Assembly: GCA_963662625.1 (NCBI GenBank)
Contig: OY759726.1
Coordinates: forward strand, 480,001 to 544,000
DNA from: Nitrosopumilus sp.
GTDB taxonomy: Archaea > Thermoproteota > Nitrososphaeria > Nitrososphaerales > Nitrosopumilaceae
DNA: 64,000 bases
Reading direction: 5' to 3'
Of the stretch, positions 49,831 through 60,134 are shown in pieces (positions within the stretch are counted from its first letter, which is position 1; each line of letters begins with the position of its first letter). The translations under genes were made by a program, and so were the position numbers. The notes beneath the pieces were generated by a model that saw only the letters and a list, made by a program, of their open reading frames with translations, was not told the origin of the DNA and did not search any database.

Positions 49831-49902
49831 AGGTGCCAGAGGGAGTCGAACCCTCTTGTATGGGCTTTGCAGGCCCACGCATAACCGTTCTGCCACAGCA
49901 CC
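49831..49902 (-). tRNA. tRNA-Cys(GCA)
   Basis: Reverse complement GGTGCTG...TGGGC-CTGCAAA-GCCCA...GGTTCGACTCC...TGGCACC-T. Confidence 0.95.
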
Positions 49903-50082
49903 GTTCTGAAGAGCGCAAGATCAACAATTAAATTCTTTAGGTCGCGGCAGGTCCCGCGGCATCTGGCGGCGGCCCGCAAGCCGCCGGGCCTGGCACCCGC
50001 CACGAATCCGGGCCCGCGGCCGCCCCGCCACGCTGGGGAACCCAGAATGTTTTTTATACCTATGAGGGATAGCAGGTACGGC

Positions 50083-50250
50083 TTGGGCTCCAAACAGAAA
50101 TGCGCCTTGTGCAACGAGCAGGTCGGCTTCCGCTTCAACCCGATGTCGGAGTGGGGGGTAGACGGGGTCATATGCGGGAAGTGCTACTCGAGGAAGATCG
50201 ACGAGCACTACCCGGGGGATCACGTCAGGGTGAACAAGGAGGGCGACTAG
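50083..50250 (+). CDS. Small zinc-finger protein
   Basis: CALC..PMSEW...G.ICGKCY; likely TTG start. Confidence 0.75.
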   Translation: MGSKQKCALCNEQVGFRFNPMSEWGVDGVICGKCYSRKIDEHYPGDHVRVNKEGD

Positions 50251-50834
50251 CCCGGCTTTGAGTACTTGTTGACGTACAGGCAGTTCCACGCGAGCGGGTC
50301 GTTTTTCGCGTCATCCTCTGTCAGGTAGGCTATGTCGGTGACCGTCTTCTTTCTACGCAGCAGGTTGACCTGAAAGCTCGAGAACCTCCCGCAGCCGCAC
50401 GCGTTGTACAGGCACGAGTCGCCGTCGTTTTCGTCGTGGTCGTCTGCTGAGTGGCCGCAGTTGCACAGGGCGTCCTTCTTTACGTCCGCGAGGCGTTTTT
50501 TGGCGTATACGCCGAGGCGCAGGTACGCCTCACCGCCGTGGCCCTTCTTGAACCGCTCGTAGTTTTCAGACTTCGCGAGCGCCTTGAAGAACGCCATGTT
50601 CGAGTCGGGGTTCAGGGAGTCGGATCCCATGACGAACCAGTACCTCTCGCCGACGTCGACGAACCTTATCTTGATTGACGGGTCTGGCCAGTGGTAGATG
50701 GTGTCGCGCCACAGGCCGGAGGCGTACTTCAGGTCGTCAAACAGGGGCACGACGTTCATCCTCAGGTCATAATACCTGTAGGCCACGCCCAGGAAGTTGC
50801 CAAACCACGGGATCGGTGACTGGGACAATACCAC
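50247..50834 (-). CDS. Conserved hypothetical protein with C/H metal-binding insert
   Basis: CNCGH...H...C....C.C; start approximate. Confidence 0.78.
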   Translation of the reverse strand: MVLSQSPIPWFGNFLGVAYRYYDLRMNVVPLFDDLKYASGLWRDTIYHWPDPSIKIRFVDVGERYWFVMGSDSLNPDSNMAFFKALAKSENYERFKKGHGGEAYLRLGVYAKKRLADVKKDALCNCGHSADDHDENDGDSCLYNACGCGRFSSFQVNLLRRKKTVTDIAYLTEDDAKNDPLAWNCLYVNKYSKPG

Positions 50835-51045
50835 ACAGGTCAGGGTGAGTGTATTTATCTTGATCCAAGCGGCGCGGGGCGCGGGGCGCCGTTTTTCACC
50901 AAAAAACGCCACATTCCGGCAAAAATCCGCGGCCGCCGGGGGGCCCCGCCGGCGCCCGGCCCGGCTGGTGCATGCGATCCTGGCCGCCGGGCCCCGATCG
51001 GGGGGCCGTTATACCCTTATATCGTGGTTGTGCCGCTAGTTACGT

Positions 51046-51327
51046 ATGGTAGCCTACAGGACAAGCATGAAGATCGTCGCCGATCTGCTGACCGTCACCG
51101 AGCAGTCGGGCATGGAAGGCATCAAGACGACGTCGCTGCTGACCAAGGCAAACCTATCGCACTCTAGGCTGTCAAAGTTCCTCGACAACCTGACGGGTTC
51201 CGGGCTGATCAACAGGATCGAGTTCGACGGGAAGAACGCGTTCGTGATCACCGAGAAGGGCAGGCAGTACCTGGAATCATACGCAAAGTTCGCGAGCATG
51301 GCAGAGTCGTTCGGGCTGGAGTTGTAG
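51046..51327 (+). CDS. Winged-HTH transcription regulator (ArnR1/HTH_45-like)
   Basis: RTSMKIVADLL..KANLSHSRL..ITEKGRQYL; paralog of 17777-18064. Confidence 0.9.
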   Translation: MVAYRTSMKIVADLLTVTEQSGMEGIKTTSLLTKANLSHSRLSKFLDNLTGSGLINRIEFDGKNAFVITEKGRQYLESYAKFASMAESFGLEL

Positions 51328-51328
51328 C

Positions 51329-51541
51329 CTACCTCTTGGATCGCCGCCTGGCGTTGGATCGTTGCCTCTCCTTTCTGCTCTTGTAAGAGTCGTAAAGCAC
51401 TATGGCCGAGATGCCACCGATGGAAAAGTAGAACAGGAGCAGGAACGGGGGGTCTCGGATCTCCCCGTTAGTGGGCGACACGAACGCTATGGGGATCCCC
51501 ACCACGAGGAATATCAGAACCACCATCAGGTACTTGTCCAT
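51329..51541 (-). CDS. Small two-TM membrane protein
   Basis: Two hydrophobic helices and a basic tail. Confidence 0.75.
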   Translation of the reverse strand: MDKYLMVVLIFLVVGIPIAFVSPTNGEIRDPPFLLLFYFSIGGISAIVLYDSYKSRKERQRSNARRRSKR

Positions 51542-51603
51542 GCACTGGGGTGTTTACAAAACCATATATCTTTTTGATTTGAGACCAAGGTTGCTGGAGG
51601 ATC

Positions 51604-51780
51604 ATGAGCAAGTTTCTTGACGTAATCGGGCTGGGGCTGATAGCCGTGATGATACTCGCGTTCGTCGGCGTAATCCCGGGGCAGGATCCCGGGCTGTCGC
51701 CGCTGTTCTGGGGATGCGCCGGGGGGGCGCTGGTGATCATATTCTACAGGAAAAGGATGAAAAAGCGGGAGGAGGGGTGA
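51604..51780 (+). CDS. Small two-TM membrane protein (58 aa)
   Basis: Manual translation MSKFLDVIGLGLIAVMILAFVGVIPGQDPGLSPLFWGCAGGALVIIFYRKRMKKREEG. Confidence 0.7.
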   Translation: MSKFLDVIGLGLIAVMILAFVGVIPGQDPGLSPLFWGCAGGALVIIFYRKRMKKREEG

Positions 51781-51857
51781 GCTCGGCCGCCACGCGCGGG
51801 CGTGCGGGGGCGCCGCGGCGCCCGCCCCGGGGGCGCGGGGCCGCCGGCGGGCCCGGC

Positions 51858-52133
51858 TCAGATCGAGTCCATGAACCTGGCCAGGTCCACGTCGTTCCGG
51901 GTTATGCCGCCCGCGTCATGGGTGGTCAGGTCGACTACCAGCCGGTTGTACACGTTGAACCATTCCGGGTGGTGGTTGGCCTTCTCGGCGTGCATCGCGG
52001 CCCTGGACATGAACCCGAACGCCTGGTTAAAGTCCTCAAACTCGAACTCCTTGTGCAGCTTTCCGTTGACGACCGTCCAGCCGTCCAGGCTGTCCAGTTC
52101 CCTCCCGACCGCCTCCGGATCCAGCTTTTCCAT
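51858..52133 (-). CDS. Pterin-4-alpha-carbinolamine dehydratase
   Basis: [21 protein letters not shown]. Confidence 0.95.
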   Translation of the reverse strand: MEKLDPEAVGRELDSLDGWTVVNGKLHKEFEFEDFNQAFGFMSRAAMHAEKANHHPEWFNVYNRLVVDLTTHDAGGITRNDVDLARFMDSI

Positions 52134-52195
52134 GCACCTGTGAACCGGGATCCATTAGTTAAAGATTTGTGGGGCTGGCCCGCAGGCAGTCCGGG

Positions 52196-52975
52196 ATGGC
52201 TGCGTGTGCGGAGGACGGGTTGCTCGGGATGATAAGGCGGTCCGTGGCGGAGGCCGTCCCTGCGGGGAGGATCGGGATCGCGTTTTCCGGCGGGGTGGAC
52301 AGCTCCCTGATGGCCAGGGTGTGCTCCGGGATGGGCTACGACGTCACGCTGCTGACTGTCGGGTTCCGGGAATCCCACGACATCGCGTTTGCAAGGAAGG
52401 TGAACGAGTCGCTGCTGCTTCCGCACGGGATCCACGAGATCGACCCCGCCGCGTTCACGGGCGTCTCGGGGAAGATCAGCCGGGCGGTCGGCAGCCGGGG
52501 CATCTCGTGGATCGAGAACTGCATCGCGTTTTACTACGTCTCGCGCCTTGCAAGGGACATGGGGCTCGGGACGGTGGTCACCGGCAACGGGATCGACGAG
52601 CTGTTCTGCGGGTATGACGCGTACAGGCGCGCCATCCCCGGTGGCGATTCCCGGGTGATGGAGGTCATGGACGAGAAACTGGAAAACGAGCTCGGGATGA
52701 TGGGCGCGGTGGGCGCGGTCGCCTCGGAGTTTGGCGTGGGGGTGATCCAGCCCCTGCTTTCGGCGGGCTTTGTAAGGTATGCCCGGGAGGTGCCGGTGTC
52801 AGAAAAGATCCACGGCCCGGGAGACCTCCTCAGGAAGCACGTCGTGAGGAGGCTGGCTGCCAGGGTGGGGGTCCCGGCGCTGTCCTGCATGAAGCGGAAG
52901 AAGGCCCTCCAGTACGGCTCCAAGATACACAAGAACCTCATGAAGTCCCGGCGGGGGGCCCCGCCTGCCGCCTGA
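52196..52975 (+). CDS. Asparagine synthase C-terminal-domain protein (PP-loop)
   Basis: FSGGVDSS, G.GIDELF.GY, KKALQYGS. Confidence 0.88.
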   Translation: MAACAEDGLLGMIRRSVAEAVPAGRIGIAFSGGVDSSLMARVCSGMGYDVTLLTVGFRESHDIAFARKVNESLLLPHGIHEIDPAAFTGVSGKISRAVGSRGISWIENCIAFYYVSRLARDMGLGTVVTGNGIDELFCGYDAYRRAIPGGDSRVMEVMDEKLENELGMMGAVGAVASEFGVGVIQPLLSAGFVRYAREVPVSEKIHGPGDLLRKHVVRRLAARVGVPALSCMKRKKALQYGSKIHKNLMKSRRGAPPAA

Positions 52976-54317
52976 CCTGCCTGTTCACGTCGCTGATGAT
53001 CTTGGGCCCCGCGCCAAGGTGCCTCTCGGGGGAGAATATCGCGTCTATCTCCCTGGGCGTCAGCCTCGACGAGAACGCGGCGTCGCCCTTCACGGCGTCC
53101 GCGTACTGGATCCCGGCATCCCTTGCCTCAAAGGCGACCCTCTGCACGTCCCTGTAGGCCTCCATCCTCGGGACGCCCTTCCTGATGAGCGCCTCTAGGA
53201 CGAACTCGGCGAAGATCTGCCCCCCCGTCATGCGCAGGTTCTCGGCTATCCTCCCCTCGTCCACGCTGAGGTTCGAGATGATCCCGGACATCGTCTCCAG
53301 CATCTCGTCGGCGAGGATCGACACGATCGGGATGGTGAACCTCTCGTTTGCCGAGTTCGAGAGGTCCCTCTCGTGCCACAGGGGGATGTTCTCAAACGCG
53401 ATCCCCACCTGGCTGCGCATCATCTTTGAGAACGACGACACCCTCTCGCTCTTGATCGGGTTCCTTTTTACGGGAACCGCGCTGCTGCCCATCTGGCTCC
53501 TCTTGAAGTGCTCGGCCACCTCGCCTATCTCCGTCCTCTGCAGGTTCCTCACCTCTACTGCCATCTTTTCGAGCGTTGCGCCGATCAGGGCCAGCCCGAA
53601 CACGTACTCCGCGTACCGCTCCCTGGGGACCACCTGGGTAGTGACCCTGGCCGGGCGCAGGCCCAGGCGCTCCGCGACGCGCCTCTGCACCTCCAGCGAC
53701 CTCGCCCCCATCAGGGAGCCCGTGCCCACCACCCCCAGGGTCTTGCAGACTAGCGCCCTCTTCTTGATCCCCTCGATCCTCTCCAAGTGCACGGCCATCT
53801 CGGACGCCCAGTTTGCGAACTTTAGGCCGAACGGGATGATGCTCGCGTGCTGCCCGTGGGTCCTTCCCACCGCCGGGGTCTTGCGGTACCTGACTGCCTT
53901 CTCCGCCAGGATCAGGGCCACCCCTGCCACCTTCGGCCCTATGATCCCCAGCGCGTCCCTCATCTGCATCGAGTTGCTCGTGTCCACCAGGTCGTTGCTT
54001 GTCAGGCCGTAATGTATCCACGGCCTCGCGTCCCTCGGGCACGCCTCCCCCAGCGCCTCCACGAGCGCGGCCGTGTCGTGGTCGCTCTTGGCCTCCAGGC
54101 GCTTGATCCGCGCCGCGGTGATCTTCCCGGATCGCGCGGCCGCGAGTATCTTCCTCCCCGCGCCCCTCGGTATCACCCCGATCTCGCTCTGCGCGGCGGC
54201 CGCGGCCCCCTCTATCTCCAGCTGGTAGTCGACCTTGCGCTGCTCGCCGAATATCGCGGTCATCTCCTTCGTGCCGTAACGGCCGCCGTCTATCGGTAGT
54301 ATCGCCAACGGCTTCAC
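52938..54317 (-). CDS. purB: Adenylosuccinate lyase
   Basis: H.GLTSND, GRTHGQHA, GSSAVP.KRNPI, WHERDL. Confidence 0.96.
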   Translation of the reverse strand: MKPLAILPIDGGRYGTKEMTAIFGEQRKVDYQLEIEGAAAAAQSEIGVIPRGAGRKILAAARSGKITAARIKRLEAKSDHDTAALVEALGEACPRDARPWIHYGLTSNDLVDTSNSMQMRDALGIIGPKVAGVALILAEKAVRYRKTPAVGRTHGQHASIIPFGLKFANWASEMAVHLERIEGIKKRALVCKTLGVVGTGSLMGARSLEVQRRVAERLGLRPARVTTQVVPRERYAEYVFGLALIGATLEKMAVEVRNLQRTEIGEVAEHFKRSQMGSSAVPVKRNPIKSERVSSFSKMMRSQVGIAFENIPLWHERDLSNSANERFTIPIVSILADEMLETMSGIISNLSVDEGRIAENLRMTGGQIFAEFVLEALIRKGVPRMEAYRDVQRVAFEARDAGIQYADAVKGDAAFSSRLTPREIDAIFSPERHLGAGPKIISDVNRQVRRQAGPPAGTS

Positions 54318-54448
54318 TGTCCGCGCATCGAAAATAAACCTTCGTTGCGCGGCGGGCCGCGGCGGCCCGGAATCCCGGGTCCGGCCGGCCCCCGCGCGCA
54401 GCCTGCTTATGGTTTAAATTGTCTCTGCGCCGATTTCCACCTGATCTT

Positions 54449-55897
54449 ATGCCCCCCGCCGCCCCGGAAAAAATCGCAGAAAACCAGTACCAGATTGACG
54501 CGGACTCCGATCTCGGCATGAGGGTGCCGGTCAGGATTTACGCGGACGAGCCCCTGCTTGCGAAGATGCTCTCGGACAGGACGATCCTCCAGGCGAGGAA
54601 CGTCGCGGCCATCCCCGGGATCGTCGGCCAGAGCATAGTCCTGCCCGACGGCCACGAGGGGTACGGCTTTCCGGTGGGGGGCGTCGCAGCGATGGACGCC
54701 GACGAGGGGATGATCAGCCCCGGTGGCGTGGGGTACGACATCAACTGCGGCGTGAGGCTCTTGCGCTCGAACCTGACCGAGGCCGACGTCCGCCCGAAGC
54801 TGAAGGGCCTGGTAAACGACCTGTTCAGCTCGATCCCGTCCGGCGTGGGCTCCAAGGGCGCAGTCAACCTCAGCCCCTCGCAGCTGGACGAGGTCCTGGT
54901 AAGGGGCGTCGGCTGGGCGATCGACAACGGGTACGGGACCGCCGACGACTCTGACGTCTGCGAGGAGAACGGGCGGATCGACGGCGCCGACCCGAACAAG
55001 GTATCGGCCAAGGCCAGGAAGCGCGGCACCCCGCAGCTTGGGAGCCTGGGTTCCGGGAACCACTTCCTCGAGGTGCAGCGCGTGGCCGAGATCCACGACG
55101 AGGAGGCCGCGTCGAGGATGGGGATCCGGGAAGGGACGATCACGGTGCTGATCCACTGCGGCTCCCGCGGGTTCGGGCACCAGGTGTGCAGCGACTACCT
55201 GCGGGTGTCAGAGCAGGCCCTGGACAGGTACGGCATCAGCCTTCCCGACAGGGAGCTTGCGTGCGTTCCCAACGCCTCCGAGGAGGGGGAATCCTACAGG
55301 AAGGCGATGTTTGCGGCCCTGAACTTCGCCTGGAGCAACAGGCAGATGATCACCCACTGGACAAGAAAGTCTTTCCAGCGCGTCTTTGCCCAGTCCGAGT
55401 CAGATCTTGGCATGGGCCTGGTTTACGACGTCGCGCACAACATCGCAAAGGTGGAGCGGCACAAGGTGGACGGCAGGGAAAGGAGCGTGGTGGTCCACAG
55501 GAAGGGGGCCACCCGCGCGTTCCCGCCTGACCGCGACGAGGTCCCGTCCAGGTACAGGGACCTCGGCCAGCCCGTCCTGATTCCCGGCTCCATGGGGACG
55601 GCAAGCTGGATTCTGCTGGGAAAGCCCGGCTCCATGGACCTGAGCTTCGGCTCCACCGCGCACGGCGCCGGAAGGATGATGTCGAGGACGAAGGCGCGGA
55701 AGAGATTCTCCGAAGACGGGGTGAAGAAGTCACTCGGCGACAAGGGGATATTCGTCAGGGCGCTGACGCGCGACGGCGTGGTGGAGGAGACCCCGCAGGC
55801 CTACAAGGACGTGGATGCCGTGGTCGGCGTGTCCCACGACCTCGGGATAGCGACCAAGGTCGCCAAGCTAGTGCCAGTCGGGGTGATCAAGGGATGA
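54449..55897 (+). CDS. rtcB: tRNA-splicing ligase RtcB
   Basis: PDGHEGYGFPVGG, DINCG, GNHFLE, HRKGAT, HGAGR. Confidence 0.97.
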   Translation: MPPAAPEKIAENQYQIDADSDLGMRVPVRIYADEPLLAKMLSDRTILQARNVAAIPGIVGQSIVLPDGHEGYGFPVGGVAAMDADEGMISPGGVGYDINCGVRLLRSNLTEADVRPKLKGLVNDLFSSIPSGVGSKGAVNLSPSQLDEVLVRGVGWAIDNGYGTADDSDVCEENGRIDGADPNKVSAKARKRGTPQLGSLGSGNHFLEVQRVAEIHDEEAASRMGIREGTITVLIHCGSRGFGHQVCSDYLRVSEQALDRYGISLPDRELACVPNASEEGESYRKAMFAALNFAWSNRQMITHWTRKSFQRVFAQSESDLGMGLVYDVAHNIAKVERHKVDGRERSVVVHRKGATRAFPPDRDEVPSRYRDLGQPVLIPGSMGTASWILLGKPGSMDLSFGSTAHGAGRMMSRTKARKRFSEDGVKKSLGDKGIFVRALTRDGVVEETPQAYKDVDAVVGVSHDLGIATKVAKLVPVGVIKG

Positions 55898-56307
55898 GCG
55901 GCCACGACTCGGAGCTGGAGCGCCTTAAGGCAAAGCGCCTCGCAGAGATGCAGAGGAACATATCGTTCAAGGAGCGGTCAGAGGAGGCGGTCCGCGCCGC
56001 CCAGGAAAAAAAGCCCCCGGGCCCCCGCGAGATCGTCACGGCCAGGCTGGGCTACAGGGGGCTGGAGGTGCTGCGGAACGCCGAATCCCAGTTCCCGGGG
56101 GAGGCGAGGCTGGTGCTGGAAAAGCTGTCGGAGCTGATTGCCTCAGGCGAGCTGTCAGAGACGCTCGACGGCGGGAAGCTGCTGCTGCTGTTCCGGTCAG
56201 TCGGGCTGCACGTGAGGATGAACACTAAGATAAACGTGGAGAAGGACGGGAAGTTCGTCTCGCTGTCTGACAAGCTGCGCAGCGAATCGGGCGGCGGTGG
56301 CGCATGA
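55894..56307 (+). CDS. PDCD5-like dsDNA-binding protein
   Basis: D.ELERLKAKRLAEMQ N-terminus and helical core. Confidence 0.65.
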   Translation: MSGHDSELERLKAKRLAEMQRNISFKERSEEAVRAAQEKKPPGPREIVTARLGYRGLEVLRNAESQFPGEARLVLEKLSELIASGELSETLDGGKLLLLFRSVGLHVRMNTKINVEKDGKFVSLSDKLRSESGGGGA

Positions 56308-56615
56308 GCGTGGTTTTTGAGATCGGCACGAAGGACTATGCCAACGACCTGCTCCTGGTGAAAAAGGCGCTCTCCCACATGGAGACCCTGACGGGACACT
56401 ACAACGGCTACGTGGTGAGCGAGCCGTCCTCCAAGTTCGGCTGGACGTTCTTCAGGCTGACCCTGGGTCCGGAGCTGGAAGGGGGCATACGGGAGAGGTT
56501 CTCCGACATGATCAGCAGGTACCGGTGGAGCGACCAAGGCGAGAAATTCGCAAAGTTCATGGGGGATTATTTCCAGTCCAAGGGGTGCGGGATCAAGCTC
56601 AAGAAACTGGACTAG
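56304..56615 (+). CDS. Conserved hypothetical protein
   Basis: ATGA overlap with previous gene; coding bias. Confidence 0.8.
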   Translation: MSVVFEIGTKDYANDLLLVKKALSHMETLTGHYNGYVVSEPSSKFGWTFFRLTLGPELEGGIRERFSDMISRYRWSDQGEKFAKFMGDYFQSKGCGIKLKKLD

Positions 56616-57685
56616 ACCCTTCTTCCCCTCTTACCGCCTTTCTTCCTCGTGGTGTCGTGTGGAATCGGGGTGACGTCGTCGATCCTCCCGATCTTGAACC
56701 CGCCCCTCGCGAGCGCCCTGATCGCCGCCTGTGCCCCGGGGCCGGGCACCCTTGAGCCCACTCCCCCGATGGCCCTGACCCTTATGTGGAACCCCGCGAA
56801 GCCCTTCGTCTTGGCCAACTCCACGACCGCGTTTGCGGCCTTCATCGCGGCAAACGGCGACGACTCGTACCTGTCGGCATTGACGTGGATTCCGCCGGAA
56901 CTGATGGCGACCGTCTCGGCGCCCGTGAGATCCGTCATGTGGATGATGGTGTTGTTGTAGCTGCTAAAGATGTGCGCGATGCCCCATTTCTCAGGATCTA
57001 CCTTTTTGGCCGGCGGGGCCTCCTGCGGATCCTGTTTTTCAGGCGCCTCTGCGGTTTGGGGCGCCTCCGGTTTTTCAGGCGCCTCGGGGGTTTGGGGCGC
57101 CTCCGGTTTTTCAGGCGCCTCGGGGGTTTGGGGCGCCTCCGGTTTTTCAGGCGCCTCTGCGGTTTGGGGCGCCTCCGGTTTTTCAGGCGCCTCGGGGGTT
57201 TGGGGCGCCTCCGGTTTTTCAGGTGCCTCTGGGGTTTCGGGCTCCGGTTTTTCAGGTGCCTCTGGGGTTTCGGGCTCCGGTTTTTCAGGTGCCTCTGGGG
57301 TTTCGGGCTCCGGTTTTTCAGGTGCCTCTGGGGTTTCGGGCTCCGGTTTTTCAGGTGCCTCTGGGGTTTCGGGCTCCGGTTTTTCAGGTGCCTCTGGGGT
57401 TTCGGGCTCCGGTTTTTCAGGTGCCTCTGGGGTTTCGGGCTCCGGTTTTTCAGGTGCCTCTGGGGTTTCGGGCTCCGGTTTTTCAGGTGCCTCTGGGGTT
57501 TCGGGTTCCGGTTTTTCAGGTGCCTCTGGGGTTTCGGGCTCCGGTTTTTCAGGTGCCTCTGGGGTTTCGGACTCCTCCGGCGTGTCTGGCTGCGCCTCGG
57601 GGGTTTGGGGCTCCTCCGGTTTTTCAGGCGCCTCTGGGGTTTTGGGCGCCGGAGCTGTACCCTCTTCGGTCTTTTCTTCTGACAA
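56612..57685 (-). CDS. rps11: 30S ribosomal protein S11 with long repeat N-terminal extension
   Basis: [36 protein letters not shown]. Confidence 0.96.
   Translation of the reverse strand: MSEEKTEEGTAPAPKTPEAPEKPEEPQTPEAQPDTPEESETPEAPEKPEPETPEAPEKPEPETPEAPEKPEPETPEAPEKPEPETPEAPEKPEPETPEAPEKPEPETPEAPEKPEPETPEAPEKPEPETPEAPEKPEPETPEAPEKPEPETPEAPEKPEAPQTPEAPEKPEAPQTAEAPEKPEAPQTPEAPEKPEAPQTPEAPEKPEAPQTAEAPEKQDPQEAPPAKKVDPEKWGIAHIFSSYNNTIIHMTDLTGAETVAISSGGIHVNADRYESSPFAAMKAANAVVELAKTKGFAGFHIRVRAIGGVGSRVPGPGAQAAIRALARGGFKIGRIDDVTPIPHDTTRKKGGKRGRRV
57030..57572 (-). repeat. Coding VNTR: about 11 x 33 bp ([11 protein letters not shown]) plus 5 x 36 bp (APQT[P/A]EAPEKPE)
   Basis: Near-identical GGTTTTTCAGGTGCCTCTGGGGTTTCGGGCTCC units head to tail. 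Confidence 0.95.
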
Positions 57686-57751
57686 CGCTTACTCAGATCC
57701 CAAGGGGTTTAAAAAACATTGATTTTGCCCGTGGCCCGCCCGCCGCGCGCC

Positions 57752-58702
57752 CTACCCAAAATGCCGCCACCCCAGGGCACGCAGGCGCCTCTGCCTTCCG
57801 CCTGTCTCAACGAACACCCCGCTGCCCCTTGCGACGCGCCCGATCTCGAGGGCCGGCGTCCCCGTCAGCCGCGCGTTCCTCCGGACGATCCCCCTGCGCC
57901 CCTCCGGCACGGTGAACACGAACTCGTACTCCTCCCCGCCGTGGAAGACCAGCCTCTCCAGGCTGATCCCGTTTGAGCTGGCAAATTCCGCCAGGTCGCC
58001 GCCGGCTGGGATCCCGCATATCACGAACTTGCACCCGCTCTGCCTCGCCATCTCGTTTAGCGTGACCGACAGCCCGTCGCTGGAGTCCATCGACGAGGTG
58101 AGCCACCTCCTGATTTTGATCCCAAAGTCCAGCCTCGGGGACGGCCGTGCGAACGCCCTTGCGGCCTTGCGCCCCAGTCCCGGGGCCGCCTCCGCGCCCC
58201 CCTCCAGCATCTCTAGCCCCGCGGCCGAGTACCCGAACGGCCCGGAGGCAAAAATCAGGTCGCCCGGCCTCGCCCCCCTCCTCGCCACGATCCCCCGGGC
58301 CGGGCCAAAGACGCACACGTTGATGGCTATCTCCTCCCCCTCGTTGGTGTCCCCGCCGAGGAACCTGATGCCGAACTCGCCGGCGGCGTGGCCTATTCCG
58401 CGCGCGATCTGCCTCACCTCCGCGCGCGATATCCCCCTCGGGAGTACGAGCGAGACCATCCCGTACCGCGGCCTCGCCCCCTTTGCCGCAAAGTCGCTCA
58501 CGCATGCAACCACGCTCTTCCGTGCCGCGTCCCTCAGCGCCATCCCCGCCGGGATGTCGGTGCCCTGCACCATGGTGTCCACCTTGGCCACCACCATCGC
58601 GTCCCCGGTACGGAAATACTCCACGTCTTCCGGCGCGCGCCCCGAGTTCCCCAGGGCCCCCCGGAACACCTTGACGATGTCTGATTCACCTAACCTGCTC
58701 AT
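57752..58702 (-). CDS. thiL: Thiamine-monophosphate kinase
   Basis: SDFAAKGA.P, GGDTN, DSSDGL, GGEEYE. Confidence 0.94.
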   Translation of the reverse strand: MSRLGESDIVKVFRGALGNSGRAPEDVEYFRTGDAMVVAKVDTMVQGTDIPAGMALRDAARKSVVACVSDFAAKGARPRYGMVSLVLPRGISRAEVRQIARGIGHAAGEFGIRFLGGDTNEGEEIAINVCVFGPARGIVARRGARPGDLIFASGPFGYSAAGLEMLEGGAEAAPGLGRKAARAFARPSPRLDFGIKIRRWLTSSMDSSDGLSVTLNEMARQSGCKFVICGIPAGGDLAEFASSNGISLERLVFHGGEEYEFVFTVPEGRRGIVRRNARLTGTPALEIGRVARGSGVFVETGGRQRRLRALGWRHFG

Positions 58703-59981
58703 AACACCTGTTCACTAGCCTTACCGCGTCCTCGACGTGGCCCTCACACGCTTCACGGCTGCCCGATTCGCCGGACACCCTGATGGCGTCCTCCGTGTTT
58801 GACTTTCTTATCAGCACCCAGCTGTCCTCGTCGATGATCCCCTTCACGCCGTCAAGCGTGTCCACGTCGGAAAACTCCGCCGATCCCTCCAGGATTTTTT
58901 CGATTACCGCGTCGTGGTAACCGCTGCCGACTTCCACCTTCCTCCTGACCTGGTGGTAGCCCCCCATGTGGTCCAGGACCTCGTCGAACCCCGCGCCCCC
59001 CATCATCGACGCTATCAGCCCCCCGGTCAATATGCCGTCCCTGCAGTAGTTGAACCCGGGCAGGACGAACCCCGCGCTGCTGCCCTCGCCGCCGGCGTCC
59101 GCCCCCGACCCCAGCATCAGTTCGATGACGTTTGCCTCGCCTACCTTCGACCTCTGCACGCTGCCGCCCCTCTCCGTGACGAACTTTTCGATGGCCACGC
59201 TCGAGTCGATGCTGAGCACGAACTTCCTGCACCCTAGATCCAGCGATTTTGCGATCCCGAGCCCGAGCGTGACGTCGGGGGCCTGCTTCTCCCCGCCCCG
59301 TACTACGACCAGCCTGTCCCCGTCCAGATCGAACGCGAACCCCACGTCCTTGCCCCGTGACGCTGCAGCGAGCCCCGCCAGGCCGTCCGACGTGGGATCC
59401 GGCCCCCTGCCGCATCCCCGAAGGCTGTCGTTGATTGTGGACACCCCGCACCCCAGGCGCCCCAGCAGGGCGGGCGCAAAGTCCCTTGCGGCCCCCCCTC
59501 CGAGGTCCACCACCACCTCCGGGGCGTCGGGGATGTCGCCTATGAGTTCGGCCGCCTCTTCCAGGTACGCGGACGTGGCGCGTTCCTCCCCGCCGATACC
59601 CGGCTTCCGGGATCCCCGGCCCTCCAAGATCCGCGGCAGCTCGCCCTCGTTGACGCCCCTCCCGTCTACTATGAACTTGAGCCCGTTCCAGCTGGCAGGG
59701 TTGTGCGACGCCGTCACCACGACCCCGGCGCCGTACCGCCTTGCCTCGCGGAAGACCACCGGGGTAGGCGCCATCCCGAGGTCGTAGACGTCCACCCCGT
59801 TTGCCATCAGGGCCGCCTTTGCCGCCTCCATGACCATGCGTCCCGACTCCCGGGTGTCCCTCCCCACGACGCACCTGCCTGATCCCGCCAGCTGAGAAAA
59901 GTTGCCGCAGTACCGCATCGCGTCCTTCAGGCCAAAGTCGTCCCCGAAGACGCCCCTTATCCCGGAAATCGTTTTCTTCAT
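58686..59981 (-). CDS. Phosphomannomutase/phosphoglucosamine mutase family
   Basis: SGIRG, GRDTR.SG, TASHNP..WNGLK, DLDGDR, R.SNTE; start ATG 59981. Confidence 0.93.
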   Translation of the reverse strand: MKKTISGIRGVFGDDFGLKDAMRYCGNFSQLAGSGRCVVGRDTRESGRMVMEAAKAALMANGVDVYDLGMAPTPVVFREARRYGAGVVVTASHNPASWNGLKFIVDGRGVNEGELPRILEGRGSRKPGIGGEERATSAYLEEAAELIGDIPDAPEVVVDLGGGAARDFAPALLGRLGCGVSTINDSLRGCGRGPDPTSDGLAGLAAASRGKDVGFAFDLDGDRLVVVRGGEKQAPDVTLGLGIAKSLDLGCRKFVLSIDSSVAIEKFVTERGGSVQRSKVGEANVIELMLGSGADAGGEGSSAGFVLPGFNYCRDGILTGGLIASMMGGAGFDEVLDHMGGYHQVRRKVEVGSGYHDAVIEKILEGSAEFSDVDTLDGVKGIIDEDSWVLIRKSNTEDAIRVSGESGSREACEGHVEDAVRLVNRCYEQVR

Positions 59982-60034
59982 CTGTTCCAAATCGGCAAGG
60001 CTTTTTATTAACTCTGGTGGCACCCTTAGAGAGT

Positions 60035-60108
60035 GCCTCGATAGCTCAGCCTGGTAGAGCAAACGCCTCGTAAGCGTTAGGTCGCGGGTTCGTATCCCGT
60101 TCGAGGCT
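60035..60108 (+). tRNA. tRNA-Thr(CGT)
   Basis: GCCTCGA/TCGAGGC acceptor, AACGC-CTCGTAA-GCGTT anticodon arm, GGTTCGTATCC. Confidence 0.95.
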
Positions 60109-60134
60109 CCTTACAATTCCAAGTCCCGTTCGGG

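Noticed and set aside
57030-57572. 33/36-bp array as a CRISPR
   Set aside because: Units are head to tail with no unique spacers and lie in frame within rps11
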